Assembly: GCA_051362555.1 (NCBI GenBank)
Contig: CM120641.1
Span: 14,508,001 to 14,572,000 of the forward strand
From: Lingula anatina
Taxonomy: Eukaryota; Animalia; Brachiopoda
Reading direction: 5' to 3'
Length of the DNA: 64,000 bases
Shown here: positions 27,101-37,400 of the stretch, one piece after another
How the letters are laid out: the number at the start of each line of letters is the position of its first letter
Position numbering within the stretch: position 1 is the first letter of the stretch
The notes under the pieces: model-generated
Database searches by the model: none
Told to the model about the DNA's origin: nothing
The model's input: only the letters and a program-made list of their open reading frames with translations
Position numbers and translations under genes: made by a program

Positions 27101-30100
27101 ATTACAAGAAAAACTTACAGGGCTGTTTTCTTCAGAGTTGTGCGATTTGCCTGCAGTCTTGCTGTAGTTGTGGAACAGGGCAATGCCAGAATAGTAGGGA
27201 ATGCTATCATCAGAGTCATCAGAAACATCCTTTAAAATAATAATAATCTGAAGTAAACTTACACCAACACAAAAATGAGACTTCTGTCAAAGTGATTAAT
27301 TTTATATAAATTATAGGCAAGTTTGACTGAAATATCCTATTTATCTATTTATTTAAAAACCTTGATATTTGCAAAATATAAGGTTAGGCATTTTTATTGG
27401 CCTATACTTTATGGGTTTTAGTCAAATTTTTCTCAAAGAATTTTTTATATTCCTTCAGTGCCCTTTACACTATTCACAACACTGTCACAACTCTTGACCA
27501 AGTATGCAAATGATTAGTTCTCCCTTACCATTGCTTTGCATTGTAATGAATTGGAAATATTTATGTTTTAATGCTAACATGTGTAATTCTGACTGGCCAC
27601 AAGTTTAGTGTAGCTCAGATGATGTTTGCTTACTTGCACTGCTGGTAACATAATGTCCTCTGCTACAAGTTCTGCCCTGTTGGTCATTTGTTGTTTGATC
27701 AACTTGTCCACCTTTTCTTCCTGGCCAGGGTCACATGATAAGCTGAACTTGGACACTAAATGAAATGCACTGTCACTATGTACTTCAATGAAAACAAACA
27801 TGGTAACATTTTTTAGCAATATTTATACTTGTGCAATAATTAGAAATGCTAATGCCTGTGGAAAATATCTGAAGCTGTAGTAAACTTAAACAGATGCTGG
27901 CACATTGGTATGCAAATTGATAGTTCTTTTGTAAACCTGACTTAGAAAGTGTCTTGGGTTACACTGGCAATTCCTCACAGCATTTCTGGTTCCAGGACTG
28001 AATGCACCAATGTCTCCAGCAACTTTTGAAGGCATCTACTTTTTTTTTAACATCAAAAGATTTATTCTTAGCTTTTCATGATAAAGAAATGGAAAACACT
28101 GAACTAATAAAAAAGTGGATGAACATAAAGGAATATATATACTTCCAGGTAACTTTCTCAGTAAAAGTGGCACAAAACTATCACCACACCTTGTTGTTCC
28201 CTGTAGATGTCCTCATAGCCAGATTCCTGCCAGTCTGGCACAAGCTGAAGTGGGGCAGTGATGGAGAGGTGGGGGACAGTCTGTGGACACTCTTCCTCTC
28301 CATGTGTGGTGGAATCTATGGTTGGAGAGGAGACCTTACTGTGCCGATCTCTGTCAGACTGCAACTGAGAGGAAAACTGCAATCACCATGAAAAATTCCA
28401 ACAAGAATGTAAAGGTTGAGTGTTGGTTGGCATGTATACGTTGGGCTTGAATTCATCATAGATCATGAAACATTTTAGGACACCTTGAAAATAATTTGTG
28501 AATTCATCAATATATTTCAGATAAACGCATTTAGTTTTCTCTTAATCTGTGTGTGAACACTTGTTATACAGGTCAATAAAAAACTTACAGTGACTAGTTG
28601 TGAGGCATCAGACTCTTGAAAATCTTCCTGGGAGTTGGTTGCACTGACAGAGTATTCCTCTTTCATTGGGATATACATAGGAGAGTGATCTGAAAGTCAT
28701 ATCAAGCACATATTTGTGTGAAATTGCATGTTATATTTCAACTTAAAATCAAAATTGTATGCATTTTACCATTTCATCTCTATAAAACACAATTCTCCCG
28801 AAAAAAAAAAAAAAATAAATAAATTAAATAACCACAAAATAGTGGTCAAATTGTTTAGTTTTGGCCCTCATTACATCAATGACAATAAAAATTTAATATG
28901 TAGATGTTACTTTTTACTTTTAGAAATAACATGAAATATTGAGAACCGAGACTGTTTACTTCACAGCTTCAGCAAATATAATGTGATAGGAGATTTGCAA
29001 CAAAATGACCAATCTGATTAGGACATACACAAAGTACCTTAAATGTCCGAAATCTACACAAATTCATGCATTATGCATGCATTTTCACTGGCACCGCCAC
29101 AAGTTCTCTGGTGTAAATCTATTGTAAATAATATGATGAACCAACAGATCTACTCCTTTTGAGAACTATAATATTGCCATACCAATGTGTCCCAGCAAAT
29201 GCTTACTCTGATCTATATTATCAAGGTGTGGAGTGAGGAACAGGCTGTCAAAATCTAGTGCAATATCTAGATCAACACACAATGACCGAATGTGGGTCTC
29301 CAGGTAACAGATATAATTAACCACTCTCTTCATCCGGGAAACCTATAATGAGATCAAAGATATTTCAAAGATATAGATTTTTTCCTATCATTTCTTAATC
29401 ATGAATATGATTATAAAGTCGTTGACAAGTCATATAAAAACAACGGCCGTACCTTTTCAAACGTATATTTTAATATATAGGAAACAACATTTAGTAATTC
29501 TGCATAAACAAAATTTCACATGCTCAGTCTTACCTTAGTTTCTCTATCTAGAGATTCTGTCAGTTGTGGAGTCATAGCTGCTAGCTGCTGTATAGCTGAA
29601 TTCAATCCGTGGTGGCGATTTCTGGAAAAAAGTTCAAGAAACAAAATGCAATTTGAAATAAATAGCTAACAATTTTCTAAAAAGTATGAAAGTTAGCTGC
29701 ACTGCAATAACCTGTCTGAATTAGCATAATCTTACAGAAGATTTACCTAACCTTCAAGATGTTCTAAAAAATATAATTAATTATAGCAACGAGAATGTAT
29801 GAACAAGGAATAAAAAAGGCAACTTTTTTCAAGATAGTATAAATTCATGGCTAGTGCCAAATGCAAAGCCAATTTAATATGCCTTTCATTATCCCTGTGT
29901 AGTTTCTGTAGCCTGCTTAATGTCCTGGGCGTCTTCTTGTTGGAATTTCTATGCTTCCTGAAGAACATGGACTTGGTGAGATCTGGGGAGAGAAAGCTTG
30001 AGTGAGGGAACCCATGTTTCTTCCTGCTGACCTTGGGAGTTGCACCTTGTGTTTCCTTGCTTGTCTAAATTGAACAGTAAGTAAAATTTCATCCACATCA

Positions 30101-30703
30101 ACATATAATAAATATCAAAGCATAATTTAGGATATACAAAACTCGATTAGTCATGCATGAGTGTACAGCAGCTGAGCTTGCAAATAAAACTCATATAAAA
30201 TTCTGTACTAATATTAATTATGTCAAGTCTCTTGATTACTATCATTTTTGTTATTTTCTGCTATCTTACAGTTTTTTGTTTTTTTTTAGGATTGTCTTGG
30301 AAGCTCAATGGAATTTATAAACAACTTTCAGCACATCAATGAGCAAAATTAATGGGGTACACCAATAAATGTTAGAAATACACACATTTGTGTTTGTAAA
30401 CTGTGTGGCTGTCCCTCCGAAAAATGGCACTGGTTGGCCACAGAGGGGCTCCCCATTCTCTCCTGTGGGAACCTGCTTGGTGGGACTGACATTTAGAAAG
30501 AAAGGGTCAGAAGGATTCTCCCGCTTTAGCACTCTTGTGTTGGAGACTGCCTTGAAGACTGCATCTCCGTGCCTGTCCCAAGGCACTGTAGATAACAAAC
30601 TACTGGGTTTGGTTGAGTGCTGGTTTTCTTTGTCATCTGATGTGCTTGAAGCCTCAATTAAGTCTCCCAGGAGTGTGCTGTCTGGAGACACTGTGGCCAT
30701 CAT
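22726..30703 (-). CDS. MEIOSIN: bHLH and HMG-box protein, MEIOSIN/BHMG1-like, about 788 aa, 15 coding exons
   Basis: Exons 5'->3' on minus: 30703-30386, 30064-29883 (GC donor), 29621-29534, 29342-29207, 28689-28589, 28376-28190, 27782-27634, 27229-27119, 26238-25940, 25754-25471, 25244-25152, 24643-24592, 23800-23699, 23271-23182, 22900-22726. Total 2367 nt, open to TAG. N-proximal bHLH and C-terminal HMG box. The symbol is inferred from architecture and recalled motif similarity. Confidence 0.8.
22870..23750 (-). other. HMG box split over 3 exons
   Basis: Spliced translation MNGFMMFSRINRKNFIDKHPGTHTSHISKLMGSAWRSMTAEEQKPYKDKAKDYSQ fits the HMG-box pattern (N.F..F, P, ISK.+G..W+.+T.EE+.PY...A). 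Confidence 0.9.
24132..24173. repeat. (GA)n microsatellite
   Basis: Direct reading. Confidence 0.95.
29207..29920 (-). other. bHLH domain split over 3 exons
   Basis: Spliced translation RLQKLHRDNERNRHHGLNSAIQQLAAMTPQLTESLDRETKVSRMKRVVNYICYLETHI shows an H-x3-E-R-x-R basic region, helix 1, loop, and helix 2 (K..YI.YL). Confidence 0.85.
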
Positions 30704-31097
30704 TCATTCCTAATTAAAACAAGTTTTATGCATGTAAACTATGTAAAGAACCATTCCCAGGGAGAGAGTAGAATATTTTGAAACATTTAGATTAATGCAT
30801 AAATGGGTTCATTCAGATGCATGCTTGCCAGCTTCAACTGTGGAAAATTTACACAAAGATAGCACTAGAGGTAGAATAAAGCTTCGCGTTTTATAAAATA
30901 ACAATGCCAAACGCTAATTGCAAGTCGAAAATCTGAAGAACAATATATTTCTGATGCAATTTTCTTTGGGTTACGAATTTCTGGAATAATAAGGGATTCA
31001 GAGCAAATGTTAATGGGATGTATATTAAATCATACACAAATGAGACTGTCGTAATAGCTACGATTCAGGACATAATTAGAATACATTTATTTCTTAC

Positions 31098-31441
31098 CGC
31101 AACCATTACTGTACACATATTTTGACATTCCCGTCTACTGAAAATCTTACCTAGTCGGCATTTGCGCTTCCCGCACTTCAACTGTGGATGACGTCATGAA
31201 CTCTCGCTCATTCTCGTCTAATGATTTAATAGACATTTCATGAAAGCTTCTCCCTCATTATAATATGAAAGTTCTAAATAAATATCATACATTACTCAAT
31301 ATTTAGTTTAAAAGCAGCATCAGCTGTTCACATTTTTTCAACAAAGACGAACAAGACAAAATTGTGTTGTACGTCATCACTTTTTGTGTAACCGGTGTCT
31401 GCACCAAAACAAGACCACGATGGAGAAGTTTGACGGCCCGG
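31098..31441. promoter_or_regulatory. Putative bidirectional promoter between the MEIOSIN-like and EML genes
   Basis: Locally CpG-rich. Minus-strand GTAAG donors after 31151 and 31098; plus-strand ATG exon 31420-31441 with GTAAGT donor. TGACGTCA at 31189-31196, TCCCGC at 31169-31174, CAACTG at 31179-31184. Confidence 0.6.
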
Positions 31442-34400
31442 GTAAGTGGGGTTTATGCCAAATATGTGTGACATTGCACAAGAAAATGCTCGAGAAGATA
31501 AATGGTGTATTTTGTTAGCAAAGCGTTTAGATGAAGTGCATTGCAAACCCCAGTTTCCACACTCGGGCTGTTGTTGAGGCTTCGTTTTCGCAATGCAGGC
31601 GGAATCCAGTCGAGTACAGATACTGTAGTTGAAAGGAGATAGCAACTTTAAGATATACATTTTTGCTTTCTTAGAACATTGCCAGTTAAGTGGCAGCCTA
31701 GGCAATGCCATAGCTATTTCAACCTAATTTTCATGACTGTCTCCATTAAATATGACCATATTCAATCATACAGTATATCCTGGTTCAAACCGCATCTGAT
31801 CATGACTTAACTTCTTAAGGCCGGTGATAGTAAAAGGACCAAAGTCATAGAAACAAAGCCCTGGGCTTATAAGTTTTTATAAAAAATTAAAACAAACTTC
31901 CCAAAAGGCCAATTAAAGACGGGGATTAAGTACAGTGTCCAACGGATGACGCTCTGGCGCCAATTTGAGGGGAAAAATGCCGTTTTCGGTATTGGGATTT
32001 TCTCTATAACCAAGACAGCTATTCAAGTGATTCAAAAGGCCTCATAAAGCTGGGTGAAAGCACTTCAGCGCGGTACCAGGGAATTGTCTTAAACTATTTA
32101 CTTTTGATTTTATCATCTTTTACGTTAAATTACCCCATATTTCAATGGCTTATTCACTTCAAAAGGCGATATCTTTCAAACAAACAATTTTCTCTTAAAC
32201 CCCTGATATCATGCTGTAGTCCACATTCCTAACAACAATAGGTGCAACTTTTGTAACGATCGGTTGCTCAGATAGTGAGATATACTTGGCAGCGATTCAC
32301 TTATCTCGTCAATATAGAAAGCTGTTAAAACAGCCAAAAACGTTCACAGGTTGGTTAACAGGGCTTATTAGTCAAATGCTTAGCTGGCAAATTTACCTGT
32401 TATCGGTTATACGATCAGCTGGAACCATTGCTTATTGTCATCTAAAAATATTTTGTTTGGGTGCTTTGAAGGGGCAGAAAATCGTGCTTTTGTTACATTT
32501 TCCGACCACTCGTTAGGCATGTAAGCGTGCCGCCATTTTGATTGACAGCTCTGGAGAGGGCCCTAGCCTTGTGATGCCCAGTAGGGTGTCAAGGATATGT
32601 AGAAGGAAGCGCTAACAAAGGCGATTACGTTTAACCGCAATTAAGAGGTGTGAAGTTGCATTTGAACGTTTCAATGGCTCTTCCTCGGCAATCGAGTAAT
32701 TTTACCTGAGAGATTCCTTCTTTGTTATCGGCAAAGTGATCAGATAAAACTGTGTCGAGAGCAAGTGTCCGTCACTTGTGTTGATACGAGTTTTTTGACG
32801 GGTAACGCTGCAGGATTATTTTGCACGGCACTTGGTAGTCGTCAGATCAACGGAAAAATCCAGTGATTACTTCAGAGCGGTCTCGCTCAAAATGCCAGCT
32901 AAGATAAAGGGGAGACGCTCAGCTGCACGAGATTCAGAGGTAAAAGTTGCTGAGAGAAGGCTTTTGAATAAATATTTTATTTTTACACACATGACACTTA
33001 GACCCTATTTGCTTTTTACCTGCTAGCCTTGACTATTCTCGGGGTCTTTTTGTGATTTTCATTTTTGGACACTTGAACTCTTTCTTCCCGCTTGATCAGT
33101 GATTTTGAAATTGTTTTTCTCCAAATATCGCAAAATGCAAAGCCGCTAACATGCGTTTTTATTTTTATTGTTTTAATCATGCTGTCAATCTTTGCTTGGA
33201 TTTCTCTTGTTTGGCCATTCAAATCACAATTTTTCGCGTGTCTCTCAAGCTCCATGATATCATATCTTGGAGAATAAAATTTTATTTTGTCAACATTAGA
33301 TTTACCTTTTGCAAACGGCGACCAACAATCATTTCCGGTTTCGTAACGTGTCGCAGATACGCTCGACGATATATATCGCAAAAATTAAAGGCTAGGCTAA
33401 AAGTATCCTTTTTTAGCTTTTTTTATTTATGTTTTTATCGATTTTTCTTTCATTTGTCAATTAATTTAGACGTTTCGATTAACTCTTTCACCCATTTATT
33501 AGGTATACAGAAATCAGTCATCCGACTGAACAAATAGGGCCGGTTTTCCCCAACCGCCACGCATAGGCCTTACTCTCAAAATTTTCCTTCTTTCCTCTGG
33601 AAAGGGACTTTTAACACGAACTTTTCTCTTCCCCATAGTGTACTAGCTAGACTTCTTCGCTGCTAAGCTGATGTAAGACTTATGACCTATTACCGCACAC
33701 GTAATCGGCTTATAACTCATTAACTGTGCTCCGACCCCCTCATGGCAACGGCCCTTAGTAACAGAGGCGTGGCTTAGTTGTCAGCCTGACTGGGGCGCGT
33801 GCCGGTTGAAAAACTCATCAAAAGACGCATTTTGCGATGCAAATTCATAAAAATTATTACATCCAACGTTAGATACTTTTTTGATTAATATAAACACACA
33901 AAAAACTCAAAAACACGATTTTAAGCGTATTTAACCCTATCACCGACCTTAAGTTGTAACTTGTATTGATCTACAACCATTGATCTTGTAAATCACTGCA
34001 GGTAATCACCACAATTGACACAATATTTTTTCAGATTAATGAGTAAAGGAATAAATATATTTTTATAAATAAATATGATAAAGTTGAAGTAGAACAAACA
34101 ATGGTATTATTTAGATATATTACAACCTGCTTATATATGCTCAGGAACTATATAATTTCTTGATTCTGTAAGTGTGATTGGTATGTAGTTATGGGCAATG
34201 AGCTCTGACCTTCTTTCATTTTCCTAGCTCAGTCTCTGTAAACTTGTTTATTAAATCAGAAGAGCTCTCACCATATTGTCACACTTGACTACCAAAATTC
34301 CCCAAAAATATGCTCAAATGCATAAAAATTCTTTAGTAAATTGATAAAATGACATTTGCATGCACTCAGCCTATAGAGTTGATTAATATGTCGAACACGG

Positions 34401-37400
34401 CATTTGTGCATTCAAAATCATGAAAATTCATCAGATTTTTTTCTTTTTTTTTGTATTAGAGTTTACTGACTATTACACCTAGCAATTTTAATCGGACATT
34501 ATGTACAGAGCTGATGTCATTAATGTGGATGTACTTACTTGTTCCAGTATAGGCAACAGTACATGAAATATATGTTGACCACAGAATGTTTCATGCTTTA
34601 ACCAGGCTGCAATCCACCTGAATATTGGCCTGAAACATTGTAGAATGAAATATAAGAAGTACCTTTTTTTTCTTTTTCTTTTTTAATAAAGTCAAAATAG
34701 TGGTTAAAGTGTTATTATCCAGAAATATAATATCATAGAAAATATTTCAACATTGTAGCTAGGAAGTATCACATTTCATTTTTGAACGCTTCATTATATT
34801 TAAAATTTAATTTTGTATGAATAAGTTATGATTAAGTATTCCCAGATGTGTCATAACAGCAATGCAATGATAATTAGAACCCAGCTTCTAGGCATTAACA
34901 TTAATTTCTCACTATATAAATCCATTATTAAGACAGAAATTTCTGTCTCAGAGTTGAGATATTTTAAGAGTACACCTTCGTGTGTCATTTTGACACATCA
35001 AACTTTAAGGATTATTAATGTAGAAACAATTTACTTTTTTCACTAGTTTTGATGAAATGGTATTACCCTGAATTTCTGCTAGTCTCTCAACAAAAAATGC
35101 AAAGCAAAGTAAAACAGTATACTTAACTTCTTTGTTTATATATGTTATTTTGTAGTGAACAATCTATAACTTTTGAAGGTAATGTTATTTCATCTTTAAT
35201 CAAACATGTACGAATTTATTGTTGTTGTTTGGAAACTAGCTCAGTTATTTTATAGCTGTCTTCTAGCAAATTCTAATATGTCTTAGAAAGGATTTAACTG
35301 CCTGGAGCATATGTTTTATCATTTTTATTCACAAAATATTAGGAAGACCAAGGTTTTTACCACCAGAAGCATATGTTTAATCATTCTTGTTCACACAATA
35401 TTAGGAAGACCATTTGCTTTCATTTAAATTATTGAGAAAACACATTTGCTTCTGATGTCAAAAGGCTGAAAAAGTAGCACTCTTTTTTATTTAAAACTAA
35501 TTGCTTTGTATTAAATGCATTTTTTTATCAAGAATTTTGTAAATGTACTAAAGGAATGTGATAAGCACATATTTCTGAATAGTTATCTAATAGACCTTGG
35601 CATGTTAGAGGGTGTGGATTGTTTAATGTTGATTTATCATTTATCTAAGACCAACTTAAGAAGGGATAGTTTGTCTTTAAGAGTTGAATAGTTTTTTTAA
35701 GAAGAGACACATATAGTAATACAGTCCTTAATTTTTAGATCAAAGTTCAAAATTAAGAGCAAAATTGAGGATATTTTGTTTTTTGAAGAACTGAACTCCG
35801 AATTTAGACTGATAGAAAGGTAGGTTTGTAGGTCATGAGAAAGGATAAGGTTTGGACCCTTAATACAGTAGACATGCATCTTTTTGGAAGGCTGATTAAT
35901 TTAGTTTATTCACCTGTCACTTTGGCCAGGTTTCTCAAAGGTAATGGCTCCTTTTTAATTCAGACGTGCAAAGGCTTTGTGAATTTATTGAACATACAGG
36001 TTTAAAGGGCAAGGCTCTCTGGCAATTTTCCAGGGTTCTGAAAGAAATGTAAAATTGCATTGAGCACCTAAGAAAGGGCTATGTTTAATAATTTCTCATT
36101 GCTGCCCAATTATTGTACCACCAGCGTTAGCGCTGGCGGTACACATGGTTTTAGTCCCGTCCGGTCCGTTCCGCCGGCTCCTGCGGCTCCGCCGGCTCCG
36201 CTGCCATGTTACCGTTACCGCTTCTCCTCCTAGACGCTAAGGGCCCCCATACCCATCTCTTGGATTTAGGTCACCTATAATCTCAACTCGTTCCACGTAA
36301 AATTTGGGCTTTGTCGGTATTGGGGTCTAGGTGTGGCACTCATTGCAATGCACCCTTGTCCAAAAATGGCAAAATTAAATGCTAATTATCTACCCTACGG
36401 AAGGAATTATGGGAAAAATTTCTACAGACGGCTTTCCAAAAGTCATATGTGTAGATTTCAAATATGCCCTTGGATTTGACCTTTGACCTTTATTTCAAGG
36501 TCAAACGGGCAAAAATTTTCAAAAAAATGAATTTTTTTACGAAAAAAAATTTATTTGCGCTGTTATTCAGACACCACACAGACTTAACCAATAATATTAT
36601 TGGAAAATGTTACCCTTCAGGTCATCTTTCATCTGTGTGAATTTGGGGTCAATCGGTGCATTTTCACGGGTGTAGCGGCCATAAGATACCGAAACTGAAA
36701 ACTGTCTCTAATTCGGGAACCGTTAATGCTAGAGACCCATTCTTTTTTGCATTTTGTAGAGCATGTAAAGCCCAACACTGGACGTGGTCTCCGTTTTTTT
36801 GTATTCCATACGGTTTTCGAGTTACGCTGTATCAAAAAGTACATATTGGTGGTGAAAGCAAAATGTGCAGTACGGTAATGGATAATAAATTTTGAACTCT
36901 GGAAAAATAAAACATAAGGCTTGGCAAAGCAGACAACTTGTGGTCAAAAATGACATTATTTCATCAAATTTGAACTTCTGGAACTTCAGAGCACCTCCCA
37001 TTTCAAGAATTTTGACCAAAATGACCTTTTCTTTATTTTAATTAATTTTTTCTGTAGGAAATTTATGGCACATTAAGGTAACTCCGAAATTATAACATTT
37101 AGTCCCTTATATCTCCAAAACTGGCAGAGATAGGTCCATAGTTACTATTGAAGTTGAATAGGAAGTTACATACTGGCAATCTTACTGTGACCTTGAAATT
37201 GACCTTTGACCTACTTTTCACCATAAATTGAACTTTGCAAATTTTGCTTCCCTTTTATCTCCAAAACTGGCAGAGATAGGTCCATAGTTACTATTGAAGT
37301 TGAATAGGAAGTCATATACTGGCAATCTAAATGTGACCTTAAAATTGACCTTTGACCTACTTTTCACCATGAACTGAACTTTGCAAATTTTGGTTCCCTT

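Noticed and set aside
27937-28035. Exon-like open segment (MPSKVAGDIG...) in the MEIOSIN-like gene
   Set aside because: A-rich acceptor and incompatible phase; the flanking exons join in frame without it.
32892-32939. MPAKIKGRRSAARDSE as the EML first coding exon
   Set aside because: Phase 0 does not fit the phase-1 acceptor at 46209 and it lies inside a TIR element; 31420 and 43391 fit better. A bridge via 44601-44661 is possible but has a poor acceptor.
33016-33537. 121-aa and 128-aa ORFs as a transposase
   Set aside because: No DDE, THAP or other recognisable motif.
35305-35412. Small tandem duplications (also about 43724-43805 and 49520-49628)
   Set aside because: Ordinary slippage duplications in introns with no functional signal.
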